Source: Phaeosaccion multiseriatum (lineage: Eukaryota > Protista > Ochrophyta, other classes). Taken from it: DNA of 64,000 nt. The first letter of the stretch is position 1; each line of letters opens with the position of its first letter. A model generated the notes under the pieces. The model was not told the DNA's origin and did no database searches. It was given only the letters and a program-made list of their open reading frames with translations. Shown here one piece after another: positions 37,801 through 50,143 of this stretch. The stretch lies in the NCBI GenBank assembly GCA_965112735.1, contig OZ218951.1, forward strand, positions 372,001 to 436,000, written 5' to 3'. The translations under genes were made by a program, and so were the position numbers.

Positions 37801-40800
37801 TGGTGGAGTGGCTCGAGTGATTCGCGACAGCATACAGCCTCGAGACCAATTGGTCAAACTATGCCTTCGCATGTGAAATCAGAGGTCCCCGCCCAGTATC
37901 GAGCTTGCTGAGCAGCTAGTCTAGTGTGTCTAGCACCCTGTAGCGAAGTGTGGGATCCCTACGCTCCTGGGATGAGCTTGTGGAGTGGCTCGAGTGATTC
38001 GCGACAGCATACAGCCTCGAGACCAATTGGCCAAACTATGCCTTCGCTTGTGAAATCAGAGGTCCCCGCCTAGTATCGAGCTTCACAGGCAGCTAGTCTA
38101 GTGTGTCCTCCTACTCTGCAAAGTGGTCTGGTAGCGCTACGCTCCTGGGATGAGCTTGTGGAGTGGCTCGAGTGATTCGCGACAATATGGAGCCTCGAGA
38201 CCAATTTGCCAAACTATGCCTTCGCATGTGAGATCAGAGGCCCGCCTTCAGTATCGAGCTTCATGGGCAGCTAGTCCAGTGTGTCTAGCACCCTGTAGCG
38301 AAGTGTGGAATCCCTACGCTCCTGGGATGAGCTGGTCGAGTGGCTCGAGTGATTTGCGATAGCAAACAGCCTCGAGACCAATTTGCCAAACTATGCCTTC
38401 GCGTGTGAAATCAGAGGCCCGCCCGCAGTATTGAGCTTAATGAGCAGCTAGTCCAGTGTGTCCTCCTACTCTGCAAAGTTGTCTGGTAGCGCTACGCTCC
38501 TGGGATACGCTGGTGGAGTGGGTCGAGTGATTCGCGACAATATGGAGCCTCGAGACCAATTTGCCAAACTATGCCTTCGCGTGTGAAATCAGAGGCCCGC
38601 CCGCAGTATCGAGCTTCATGGGCAGCTAGTCCAGTGTGTCTAGCACCCTGTAGCGAAGTGTGGGATCCCTACGCTCCTGGGTTTGGCAGGTCGAGTGGCT
38701 CGAGTGATTCGCGACAGCATACAGCCTCGAGGCCAAATTTGCTAAACTATGCCTTCGCGTGTGAAATCAGAGGCCCGCCCGCAGTAACGAGCTTCGTGAG
38801 CAGCTAGTCCAATGTGTCTAGCACCCTGTAGAGAAGTGTGGGATCCCTACGCTCCTGGGTTTGGCAGGTGGAGTGGCTCGAGTGATTCGCGACAGCATAC
38901 AGCCTCGAGGCCAAATTTGCTAAACTATGCCTTCGCGTGTGAAATCAGAGGCCCGCCCGCAGTAACGAGCTTCGTGAGCAGCTAGTCCAGTGTGTCTAGC
39001 ACCCTGTAGAGAAGTGTGGGATCCCTACGCTCCTGGGTTTGGCTGGTCGAGTGGCTCGAGTGATTCGCGACAGCATATAGCCTCGAGACCAATTTGCCAA
39101 ACTTTGCCTTCGCACGTGAAATCAGAGGTCCCCGCCCAGTATCGAGCTTGATGAGCAGCTAGTCCAATGTGTCTAGCAGCCTGTAGAGAGGTGTGGGATC
39201 CCTACGCTCCTGGGTTTGGCTGGTCGAGTGGCTCGAGTGATTCGCGACAGCATACAGCCTCGAGGCCAAATTTGCTAAACTATGCCTTCGCGTGTGAAAT
39301 CAGAGGCCCGCCCGCAGTAACGAGCTTCGTGAGCAGCTAGTCCAATGTGTCTAGCACCCTGTAGAGAAGTGTGGGATCCCTACGCTCCTGGGTTTGGCAG
39401 GTGGAGTGGCTCGAGTGATTCGCGACAGCATATAGCCTCGAGACCAATTTGCCAAACTTTGCCTTCGCACGTGAAATCAGAGGCCCGCCCGCAGTAACGA
39501 GCTTCGTGAGCAGCTAGTCCAGTGTGTCTAGCACCCTGTAGAGAAGTGTGGGATCCCTACGCTCCTGGGTTTGGCTGGTCGCGTGGCTCGAGTGATTCGC
39601 GACAGCATATAGCCTCGAGACCAATTTGCCAAACTATGCCTTCGCGTGTGAAATCAGAGGCCCGCCCGCAGTATTGAGCTTGATGAGCAGCTAGTCCAAT
39701 GTGTCTAGCACCCTGTAGCGAAGTGTGGGATCCCTACGCTCCTGGGATACGCTGGTGGAGTGGCTCGAGTGATTCGCGACAGCATACAGCCTCGAGACCA
39801 ATTTGCCAAACTATGCCTTCGCGTGTGAAATCAGAGGCCCGCCCGCAGTATCGAGCTTCGTGAGCAGCTAGTCCAGTGTGTCTAGCACCCTGTAGCGAAG
39901 TGTGGGATCCCTACGCTCCTGGGTTTGGCTGGTCGAGTGGCTCGAGTGATTCGCGACAGCATATAGCCTCGAGACCAATTTGCCAAACTTTGCCTTCGCA
40001 CGTGAAATCAGAGGTCCCCGCCCAGTATCGAGCTTGATGAGCAGCTAGTCCAATGTGTCTAGCAGCCTGTAGCGAAGTGTGGGATCCCTACGCTCCCAGG
40101 ATGAGCTGGTCGAGTGGCTCGAGTGATTCGCGACAGCATATAGCCTCGAGACCAATTTGCCAAACTTTGCCTTCGCATGTGAAATCAGAGGTCCCCGTCC
40201 AGTATCGAGCTTGATGAGCAGCTAGTCCAGTGTGTCTAGCACCCTGTAGAGAAGTGTGGGATCCCTACGCTCCTGGGTTTGGCTGGTCGCGTGGCTCGAG
40301 TGATTCGCGACAGCATATAGCCTCGAGACCAAATTGCCAAACTTTGCCCTCGCATGTGAAATCAGAGGTCCCCGCCCAGTATCGAGCTTGCTGAGCAGCT
40401 AGTCTAGTGTGTCTAGCACCCTGTAGCGAAGTGTGGGATCCCTACGCTCCTGGGATGAGCTGGTGGAGTGGCTCGAGTGATTCGCGACAGCATACAGCCT
40501 CGAGACCAATGTGCCAAACTATGCCTTCGCATGTGAAATCACAGGTCCGCGCCCAGCATCGAGCTTCGTGAGCAGCTAGTCTAGTGTGTCTAGCCTCCTG
40601 TAGCGAAGTGTGGGATCCCTACGCTCCTGGGATGAGCTGGTGGAGTGGCTCGAGTGATTCGCGACAGCATACAGCCTCGAGACCAATTTGGCAAACTATG
40701 CCTTCGCCTGCGAAATCAGAGGTCCCCGCCCAGTATCGAGCTTGCTGAGCAGCTAGTCTAGTGTGTCTAGCACCCTGTAGCGAAGTGTGGGATCCCTACG

Positions 40801-43692
40801 CTCCTGGGATGAGCTTGTGGAGTGGCTCGAGTGATTCGCGACAGCATACAGCCTCGAGACCAATGTGCCAAACTATGCCTTCGCATGTGAAATCACAGGT
40901 CCGCGCCCAGCATCGAGCTTGCTGAGCAGCTAGTCCAGTGTGTCTAGCACCCTGTAGCGAAGTGTGGGATCCCTACGCTCCTGGGATGAGCTGGTGGAGT
41001 GGCTCGAGTGATTCGCGACAGCATACAGCCTCGAGACCAAATTGCCAAACTTTGCCCTCGCCTGTGAAATCAGAGGCCCGCGTCCAGTATCGAGCCTTAT
41101 GGGCAGCTAGTCCAGTGTGTCTAGCACCCTGTAGCGAAGTGTGGGATCCCTACGCTCCTGGGATGAGCTGGTGGAGTGGCTCGAGTGATTCGCGACAGCA
41201 TACAGCCTCGAGACCAATTTGGCAAACTATGCCTTCGCCTGTGAAATCAGAGGCCCGCGTCCAGTATCGAGCTACATAAGCAGCTAGCCTAGTGTGTCTA
41301 GCACCCTGTAGCGAAGTGTGGGATCCCTACGCTCCTGGGATGGGCTTGTGGAGTGGCTCGAGCGATTCGCGACAGCATACACCCTCGAGACCAATATGCC
41401 AAACTATGCCTTCGCCTGCGAAATCAGAGTCCCCCGCCCAGCATCGAGCTTGCTGAGCAGCTAGTCTAGTGTGTCTAGCACCCTGTAGCGAAGTGTGGGA
41501 TCCCTACGCTCCTGGGATGAGCTTGTGGAGTGGCTCGAGTGATTCGCGACAGCATACAGCCTCGAGACCAATGTGCCAAACTATGCCTTCGCATGTGAAA
41601 TCACAGGTCCGCGCCCAGCATCGAGCTTGCTGAGCAGCTAGTCCAGTGTGTCTAGCACCCTGTAGCGAAGTGTAGGATCCCTGCGCTCCCGGGATGAGCT
41701 TGTGGAGTGGCTCGAGTGATCCGCGACAATATGCAGCCTCGAGACCAATGTGTCAAATTATGTCTTCGCCTGCGAAATCAGAGGCCCACGCCCAGTATCG
41801 AGCTTCATGGGCAGCTAGTCCAGTGTGTCTAGCACCCTGTAGCGAAGTGTGGGATCCCTACGCTCCTGGGATGAGCTGGTGGAGTGGCTCGAGTGATTCG
41901 CGACAGCATACAGCCTCGAGACCAAATTGCCAAACTTTGCCCTCGCCTGTGAAATCAGAGGCCCGCGTCCAGTATCGAGCCTGATGGGCAGCTAGTCCAG
42001 TGTGTCTAGCACCCTGTAGCGAAGTGTGGGATCCCTACGCTCCTGGGATGAGCTGGTGGAGTGGCTCGAGTGATTCGCGACAGCATACAGCCTCGAGACC
42101 AATTTGGCAAACTATGCCTTCGCCTGCGAAATCAGAGGCTCGCGTCCAGTATCGAGCTACATAAGCAGCTAGCCTAGTGTGTCTAGCACCCTGTAGCGAA
42201 GTGTGGGATCCCTACGCTCCTGGGATGAGCTGGTGGAGTGGCTCGAGTGATTCGCGACAGCACACAGCCTCGAGACCAATTTGGCAAACTATGCCTTCGC
42301 CTGCGAAATCAGAGGCCCGCGTCCAGTATCGAGCTACATAAGCAGCTAGCCTAGTGTGTCTAGCACCCTGTAGCGAAGTGTGGGATCCCTACGCTCCTGG
42401 GATGGGCTTGTGGAGTGGCTCGAGCGATTCGCGACAGCATACACCCTCGAGACCAATATGCCAAACTATGCCTTCGCATGTGAAATCACAGGTCCGCGCC
42501 CAGCATCGAGCTTCGTGAGCAGCTAGTCTAGTATGTCTAGCCTCCTGTAGCGAAGTGTGGGATCCCTACGCTCCTGGGATGAGCTTGTGGAGTGGCTCGA
42601 GTGATTCGCGACAGCATACAGCCTCGAGACCAATGTGCCAAACTATGCCTTCGCATGTGAAATCAGAGGCCCACGCCCAGTATCGAGCTTCGTGAGCAGC
42701 TAGTCTAGTGTGTCTAGCACCCTGTAGCGAAGTGTGGGATCCCTACGCTCCCGGGACGAGCTTGTGGAGTGGCTCGAGTGATTCGCGACAGCATACAGCC
42801 TCGAGACCAATGTGCCAAACTATGCCTTCGCATGTGAAATCACAGGTCCCCGCCCAGCATCGAGCTTCGTGAGCAGCTAGTCCAGTGTGTCTATTACCTT
42901 GTAGCGAAGTGTGGGATCCCTACGCTCCTGGGATGAGCTTGTGGAGTGGCTCGAGTGATTCGCGGCAGCATACAGTCTCGAGACCAATGTGCCAAACTAT
43001 GCCTTCGCTTGTGAAATCACAGGTCCCCGCCCAGCATCGAGCTTGATGAGCAGCTAGTCTAGTGTGTGTAGTACCCTGTAGCGAAGTGTGGGATCCCTAC
43101 GCTCCCGGGATGAGCTGGTGGAGTGGCTCGAGTGATCCGTGATAATATGGAGCCTCGAGACCAATGTGCCAAACTATGCCTTCGTATGTGAAATCAGAGG
43201 TCCCCGCCCAGCATCGAGCTTCATGAGCAGCTAGTCTAGTGTGTCTAGTACCCTGTAGCGAAGTGTGGGATCCCTACGCTCCTGGGATGAGCTTGTGGAG
43301 TGGCTCGAGTGATTCGCGACAGCATACAGCCTCGAGACCAATGTGCCAAAGTATGCCTTCGCTTGTGAAATCACAGGTCCCCGCCCAGCATCAAGCTTCG
43401 TGAGCAGCTAGTCCAGTGTGTCTATTACCTTGTAGCGAAGTGTGGGATCCCTACGCTCCTGGGATGAGCTTGTGGAGTGGCTCGAGTGATTCGCGACAAT
43501 ATGCAGCCTCGAAGCCAATGTGCCAAACTATGCCTTCGCTTGTGAAATCAGAGGTCCTCATTCAGTATCGAGCCTTATGAGCAGCTAGTCCAGTGTGTCC
43601 AGCAGCCTGTAGAGAAGTGTGGGATCCCTACGCTCCCGGGACGAGCTTGTGGAGTGGCTCGAGTGATTCGCGACAACATACAGCTTCGAGAC
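34805..43692 (+). repeat. 177-bp tandem satellite, ~50 units, ~8.9 kb
   Basis: GGATCC anchors at 35121, 35298, 35475 give period 177. Typical unit has CTCGAG x2, TCGCGA, GGGATCCC, AGCT and CTAG palindromes. Confidence 0.98.
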
Positions 43693-43788
43693 GTATTTGA
43701 TTCTTATTTAAGCTTCGTGCGTATTCAAGTCGACCAAGTTCAGCAAGGCAAAAGCCAACGACCCGTATTGGCGATACGTGGCGAACGA

Positions 43789-44610
43789 TTACAAAACGAT
43801 ATGCGCCTGGCTCAATCCTGACGACGAGAGCACGAAGTCGACCTTCCGTATGTGTTCGTATTCCTTCGTGAACAGGTTGGCGAGATATGCATAGGCCGTC
43901 TCTACGTGCTCGAGGAGGCTTGCGCCTGTAATGATAACTTTACCAGTTTGAAAGACCATGATGGTAATCTTCTTGCAGCTTCCCTTCTTCTTTGTGATTC
44001 CGCAAAGGCTATTGCACCTGCAGGCTCCGTCTCCTCTCTCGTTGAGGAAATACTTAATCTTGAGGGCATGACTGATGTCAGGGGAGTAGTCCACAATCAC
44101 TACTCTTTCTGACATCACCTTATACAGTAGGTCCCGTCGAATCTTGTAGTTGACGGCGAAGTCGGTGTTAATCAGTCGAATGTCTGCAGGAATTGCGCAC
44201 TTTGCGAAGGTATCGGTATTCGTTACCTCTGTGAGTAGTTGTCGAACACCCGTGAGAATGGTCGATGCATCGACTGTCCTCTTGATGCCCGTCATCTGTG
44301 CCTTGCCATTGGCGAAGATCTTGATATTGATGTACTTCCCCTCCTGTCCTTCGTGCTCAAAAAACCAGACCAGTGAAACCTGGTTATCGAAAGCAGTCCG
44401 CTTCGAGGTGGCGCCTGAGATCGGATGAGCGCCGCGCGTCTTGCACACCTTGGTTTGCTTGTCTTTCATGTAAATGAAGGGGATTCTCGCCGCATCGATG
44501 GGACAGTTACGGAAAACCCTTTCAATGTCAACGACATCTCCCAGGAGCCCTGTTGCGGTGATGGTCGATATACGATAGGGAGAGATGGTTACAATGAAGT
44601 CCTGCGCCAT
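43789..44610 (-). CDS. Viral TATA-binding protein homolog with Cys-rich insert
   Basis: ISTITAT, FDNQVS, INIKIFANGKAQMTG, LINTDF, CxC...C...CKKITIMVFQTGKVIITGA. Confidence 0.85.
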   Translation of the reverse strand: MAQDFIVTISPYRISTITATGLLGDVVDIERVFRNCPIDAARIPFIYMKDKQTKVCKTRGAHPISGATSKRTAFDNQVSLVWFFEHEGQEGKYINIKIFANGKAQMTGIKRTVDASTILTGVRQLLTEVTNTDTFAKCAIPADIRLINTDFAVNYKIRRDLLYKVMSERVVIVDYSPDISHALKIKYFLNERGDGACRCNSLCGITKKKGSCKKITIMVFQTGKVIITGASLLEHVETAYAYLANLFTKEYEHIRKVDFVLSSSGLSQAHIVL

Positions 44611-44725
44611 AGGTGTACTTTCCTTCCAAACCGCGACCCCTTTCCTCCTTCCAACTAACCGCGTTGTGTACGGGCAATGTAGAGTTGGCGCTCTTGGAAA
44701 GTATTTATGAAGTGAAGCGTATCGA

Positions 44726-45199
44726 TCAGTGCCCGAAATATATCCTCGACCACTCGTCTTTCCCCCGCTTCGAGACCTTCGTGCGCCATTGGGAGACGGT
44801 GTAGATTTGATGCAGGGATATAATTACGATAGCCGTCCAGATGGCGGTGCGCAGACTTTTGTTGGAGGACAGCAACAACGCGCCGTAAAGCCCAAAGACA
44901 GCAGTGATGTGAAGGCTAATTCGTATGATGAGTGAATGCAATGTTCGGGCTCTATTCACCTCGAAATCAGTCTTTCTATTCTCCAGCTTCTTCTTGGCCT
45001 TGACGTTTTGCAGAACACGAAGGTCGGCTTTCATGTCTTTGCGAATTGATTTGGTCAAGGCTTTCCTATCCTGTCTGGGCTTATTATCCCTTTCGTGTTC
45101 TCCGTAGGAACCGTAGCGGGTAAGAATGACATCCATGTCCATGGACTGGGCGTGCAGGTCTTCCAGCAGGCCTTCTAGCTGACCAGCCGAGGCGAACAT
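44726..45199 (-). CDS. Hypothetical protein with two C-terminal TM helices
   Basis: ATG-started ORF with hydrophobic C-terminal segments. Confidence 0.6.
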   Translation of the reverse strand: MFASAGQLEGLLEDLHAQSMDMDVILTRYGSYGEHERDNKPRQDRKALTKSIRKDMKADLRVLQNVKAKKKLENRKTDFEVNRARTLHSLIIRISLHITAVFGLYGALLLSSNKSLRTAIWTAIVIISLHQIYTVSQWRTKVSKRGKDEWSRIYFGH

Positions 45200-45234
45200 A
45201 CAAACAAGAGCGTACTGTTTTACTTGATACTACA

Positions 45235-45491
45235 TTATATGTTACATGAAAACCTACTTGGGACCACTTCTCCTCTTGTGATATCACGGGCCTTGAGGTC
45301 GTTTTCGACGGCCGTAATCCTCGGACGTTTCGTAGGCCTTGGGGGGCACACTGGCAGCAGAGGTTTCAGTAGAGGCTGCAGTAGAGGTCGCGGAGGTGCT
45401 CCATTGCACGTCATGGGGCGAAGGACTTTCAGGGGCTGGTGGAGTGGCAGAGGAGTCCTGGCCGACGCCGTCACGACCGGCGGGAACTTCA

Positions 45492-45524
<33 letters not shown>

Positions 45525-47061
45525 GCTTCTCCTGCTCCTGCTGCTTCTCCTGATGCGGCTGTTGTTGCTGCTCCTGCTGCTGCGGCTGCTGTTCCTGGTC
45601 CTGCTGCTGTTCCTGGTGCTGGATGTCGCCTTGGTGCCTCAAGGTAATGTCAAGCGCCTGCATCCCCCTTCTGATGATGGCGCCAGAGTTGAAAACCTTT
45701 GCATGGCGTGTGAGGATCACCCAGTTGCCTTCTCTGGAGCTCGCGTTGTACTTCTTGGGCTCCAACACAAGTTTTTCTGTTCGCTTGGCTTTGGAGAAAA
45801 GCTGCACTGCGTCACACACAAAGGCGCCCTCCTGAACGCGGAGGATCAATCCATTAATCTTGAAGAGGTACCATGCCGTTTTCTTCGTCTTCGTTTGCAG
45901 AGCGCTCTTCATGCAGACCATTACTTCCCGCCCCAGAAGGTTTGCAACCTCTACGCCATTGGTGACCAGAGGCATTTTTGTTTCAAAGGTGCCCTTGTAG
46001 TAAGCGTCACGCCTGTCGGACGTCCTCCACCCGTCTCTGTCTAAGAACTCGTAGGCCTCCTTTTGATCTGCTTCCAATATCTGCTTCTGCTTCTGCTTCT
46101 GCTTCTGCTTCTGCTTCTGCTTTGGCGACGATGAAGGGGGTCGTCCGACTGGATTCGCTCGAAACGTCTCCTTCGAGACATCCATGTTTGGGGCCTTCAT
46201 TTTGCACATCATCCCTCGTAGCGCAGGGCTATTCATCATTTGCACGACCTGCACAAGATGAGAGACATTAATGCCGTCAAAAACCTCTCTCTGCCCGGTC
46301 GCAACTTGGATATTCTCCATCAGACGGCCCAGAAGCCACCTATTGTTCTGGAAGAGGTGATCGAGAATAATGTCCAATCCGCTGCTGTTGTTCCCCAGGA
46401 TTTGGTGTTCTCGAACTCCTCGCCCTGCTACTTTCTCTGCAAAGGTGCTGAAGGTTCCTGTCTGAAAGATGAGAGCCTGCAGTGCAGTCAAGTCGCCATA
46501 CTCGACAACCACCTTAGCTTGGCTAACCGTAATAGGAAATGCTGTGGACCTATTTCCATCCCTGGTATCTGTTGCTGCTGTCGCTGCTGTTGCTGCTGCT
46601 GCTGTTGCTGCTGCTGTTGCTGCTGCTGTTGCTGCTGCTGTTGCTGCTGTTGCTGCTGCTTCTTCTTTTGTTGCGAGCGTCGTCTGCATCTTATTCTGCA
46701 TCCCTCCTCCTGCTGCTTTCGTCTCTTTGGACGCTGTGTACTGTCCTGTCGCTACCGCTTTGTGCTCTTCCTCTTCCCGGGCCTCTTGCTGACCGAACAC
46801 ATCCTTGAGCTGAAGGCCTAGGAGGGGCTGACTATCGAAGATTGGCGTTCCAACGGTCAGAGCTTGACATCCTTCCTGGTTGAAATCGCGCCCAAGATGG
46901 CAGGGAGCACCCAACGACAGGAGATCTTCAGCATCCTTTTCCAGGTCTTCGATGTCCTGCTGAGTAGCAACAGCAGCTGCGGCATTATCCTCCTCCGCCT
47001 CGTGTAAGGCCTCCTCCTTAATTGCGGCAGCCCTTAGAATAGAGATCCGATCCACAGACAT
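45235..47061 (-). CDS. Hypothetical 608-aa protein with A/T, QK and QE low-complexity tracts
   Basis: Long ATG-started ORF; no recognised domain. Confidence 0.6.
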
Positions 47062-47414
47062 GTCAGAGCTCTTTGGAGTACCTTGTCCTCCCTCTCCTCC
47101 TCGTGTTGGCGTACGAATGCTTCGCTTAGAACAACCTCAATGCACAGATTGCCTGCTGCTTTTTGTCCTCTGTGCTTGTTGTGTACTGTGCTGTACAGCA
47201 AGAGAGCAAGGGTTGTGGTGCCAAAAAAGTCAGGTGAAGGAAACAAAATGGTCCATGTTGCCCCCCGGGGAAAAAACGGTAAACTCAAATGACAGTTTGA
47301 ATTTCACATGTACGTAACCAGCATTATTTTTCCCATTTGAGAAATAGCGAAGCGCACTCTCGGCAAGGAAGGAACAGGCGAGAAGGACGAGTGTGCACTT
47401 GGCGGAGAGCGGTG

Positions 47415-47948
47415 ATGATGACCTCTATTGACAGGGTGACAGACCCTATGAATGACGATGATACTATCGACTTCGATCAATGGGAAAGGAGCTTCGAGGC
47501 TGCCCACCGAAAGGAAATGCAGTCACTTACACAAGTATTGGCGCATACGAAGGCTACCAGACGTTCTATTGACAGCACCCTTAGCTGCATTGACCATCTG
47601 CAACAGGTTTCAGGGAAAGTTACTTCGGTTGTAAGTCAGAACATCATCTGCAGTGAGGGAAAGGCGGTGATGGAGAAGGCGAGGCAGCTGAAGAAATTAT
47701 ACGATGGTGGCGCTCCTTTGTCTCCAGTGCAGCCACTACAGCTCTTCGGCAAGACCCCGATTACGATCCTTCTGAAGGCGCTGGACCTGGTCAAGAGCAC
47801 CGTTACGCACTTAGAAGTCGCAATGCCGTGCGTGGTTTACCAAAGCCATATTACCCATGTATTACCTCTGGCGAAGGAGTTAGAGACTTTGATGATGGGC
47901 CTCATTGACACCGTCTCAGAACACTTGCTGGAGAGCACAGTAGGATAG
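47415..47948 (+). CDS. Hypothetical protein
   Basis: ATG-started ORF with helical composition. Confidence 0.5.
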   Translation: MMTSIDRVTDPMNDDDTIDFDQWERSFEAAHRKEMQSLTQVLAHTKATRRSIDSTLSCIDHLQQVSGKVTSVVSQNIICSEGKAVMEKARQLKKLYDGGAPLSPVQPLQLFGKTPITILLKALDLVKSTVTHLEVAMPCVVYQSHITHVLPLAKELETLMMGLIDTVSEHLLESTVG

Positions 47949-48086
47949 ATAGACACATGTACACACGTAAATAGCTACGAGGATAAGGACCAATATATGT
48001 ACCCGTATGTATTGCAAACACACAGCAGCATGCATCGCAGGGGAGTTTTTAATGTACATTCCTTGTAAAGAAGAAGAAGGGAAGGA

Positions 48087-50057
48087 ATGGAGCTATATGT
48101 AGCTTCCTTCTTGGGAGCCATGGGGTACTACTTTCACCAACGCAAGTCCCAAGATGTTGCAGTACCACTCGAAGATGCAGAGCAGCCAAGTATGCAGAAT
48201 GCATATGAGTCTCGTCACTTCGAGAAGTCTCAGAAAATGCACCGCGATCTTGTGCAGCGTAAGTACGAGGTGGACCAGCGGCAGTACTCTCTCCTCTCCG
48301 GTGCGGAGATATCAAAGGGAGGTTTGAAGCATAACAACATGCTTCCCTACTACAAGGGAAGCGTCAAACAGAATACGGACACTTCGTCTTCTCACCAAAT
48401 GCTGGAGCGCTTTAACGGCAATGACGGTCTATACCAGCACAAGCAGGAACTCGACTCCCTTGCCACCATGAATGGGCGAGAGAATATACACGGACTCGAA
48501 AGTACCTCCTCTTTCGAACAGAGTCGGCTTCAGCAACCGAATAATAGGAATAATGTCCTTCCTTTCGAGCAAGAGCAGGTTGGCCCCGGTATCGGTTTGG
48601 CGCCACACGAAGGCCCTACCCGAGGCTTTCAGCCCGAACGTCCCGACGTCGTTCTCCCTCCCACGGTGGACCAACTTCGGACCAAAAACAATCCCAAGCA
48701 AACTTACGAAGCTCAAGTCTTGGAGGGCAAACACGGGGATCGACGAGGTATTGTAGGACAAACGGAAAACTTTGTGCCTTCCCTCACACGGGAAATGGCC
48801 GCTGAGGACCTCCTCCCCTCAAAAGGTGCTCTTACCAAGGAAGCGCATCGATCCTGTATCCCCTTCAAGCTCCCGGTAAAGTCACGTCAATGTGAGTACG
48901 CGGGTATCGCCTTCCAGAACGGTGAAGCAGTCCTGTATGGAGAAGTAGGTGAGAGCAAACGGAGACAGCATGTGGATGCTCATGCAGTTGAGCGCAATCC
49001 TGATGCGGAGAATATGGGAGTGGGACAAAGGGATCAATTCAAGTACGAAAACTGGCTGCGCTACGCCAATCACCGAAATTCGACCAACGCCGCGTGCAAA
49101 CAGCAGAGCAATGTTACTTCCCTTGTCAAGCACATCACCGCACCTCTCCTAGACATTCTACCCTTCACGAAGAAATCGCTCACGGCCCATCCCCATCGCG
49201 CTACAGGAACCATGCAGAGCAGTCTTCCACCCAAGCTTACCATCTACGACAAAGATGACGTCCTGCGCACCACCATCAAGGAAACAAACATTCACGACGT
49301 GCGCACAGGGAACTTGAGTCTAAACAAGAAGATTACGTACGACCCTCAAGACGTGGCACGCACCACCCTTCGCCAAACACTTGGACCGGTGTACAACGAT
49401 CTCAACCTAGGCATGGAAGTGCCCAAGAGTACGATCGGACCGGACGACGACATGCGAACGACAATGAAGCAGACAATGATTGACGATGACAATATTGGGT
49501 TTGTTGGAGGGAATAAGCAGAGTGCGGACGGTTACCGCACAACGAAGGTCAACGCCAAATACACTTCACGACAAGACAGTCATGCACGCAACTATCACGG
49601 CGCCGCACTGGACGAGGGAGTAGGAGCGTACCAAGACGAAAAGTACCTAGACCTTCCAACCAATAAGGCCTTCACCTGCGACAACGAGTACTTCAGTCAC
49701 GCGGGCTCCGCAGATCCTAAGGACGTGTCGCGGGAAGACACAGAAAACGTATGCCTAAGCGACTACCGCGAACAGTCTTTGGTCGATCGCGCTCCCACAC
49801 AATCTGGCGTGAAGATGGCCAACACAGAGATGCCGAATCTCATGGCCAGGACCTCCGCGGGAACCACCACTTCGAATCACCTCTTTGGCAATGTGGACAA
49901 GGTGCAGGAAAACGTATACTCAGGCCCGAGATCATCCTATACCCCAATCATTACCCGAGAACGCAAGCTGATGGACTGTCCCGACGAAACGATAACGAGA
50001 CTCGATCCTGTGTTCGTGTCGCAGCTTCGTGAAAACGAGTTGTCTGTGTATCATTGA
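48087..50057 (+). CDS. Conserved NCLDV hypothetical protein (656 aa)
   Basis: N-terminal hydrophobic MELYVASFLGAMGYY, HNNMLPY, VGPG, PTVDQLRTKNNPK and repeated RTT[IL/M]K[EQ]T motifs recalled from algal giant viruses. Confidence 0.7.
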   Translation: MELYVASFLGAMGYYFHQRKSQDVAVPLEDAEQPSMQNAYESRHFEKSQKMHRDLVQRKYEVDQRQYSLLSGAEISKGGLKHNNMLPYYKGSVKQNTDTSSSHQMLERFNGNDGLYQHKQELDSLATMNGRENIHGLESTSSFEQSRLQQPNNRNNVLPFEQEQVGPGIGLAPHEGPTRGFQPERPDVVLPPTVDQLRTKNNPKQTYEAQVLEGKHGDRRGIVGQTENFVPSLTREMAAEDLLPSKGALTKEAHRSCIPFKLPVKSRQCEYAGIAFQNGEAVLYGEVGESKRRQHVDAHAVERNPDAENMGVGQRDQFKYENWLRYANHRNSTNAACKQQSNVTSLVKHITAPLLDILPFTKKSLTAHPHRATGTMQSSLPPKLTIYDKDDVLRTTIKETNIHDVRTGNLSLNKKITYDPQDVARTTLRQTLGPVYNDLNLGMEVPKSTIGPDDDMRTTMKQTMIDDDNIGFVGGNKQSADGYRTTKVNAKYTSRQDSHARNYHGAALDEGVGAYQDEKYLDLPTNKAFTCDNEYFSHAGSADPKDVSREDTENVCLSDYREQSLVDRAPTQSGVKMANTEMPNLMARTSAGTTTSNHLFGNVDKVQENVYSGPRSSYTPIITRERKLMDCPDETITRLDPVFVSQLRENELSVYH

Positions 50058-50143
50058 GAACAAGAAGGAGAAAAAAATGAAGGTATTTGACAGACTAGGG
50101 AAGGGGGCATAAATACGATTGACAAAGAGAAAAGCATCAGACA

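Noticed and set aside
38150-41984. 59-aa repeat protein encoded by the satellite (177 is divisible by 3; TGA/TGG alternate at one codon)
   Set aside because: Most units carry stops, some units are 178 bp and the sister array has a 176-bp period, so frame is not conserved.
34805-43692. CRISPR-like array
   Set aside because: Units are similar over their full 177 bp with no unique spacers, and there are no cas-like genes.
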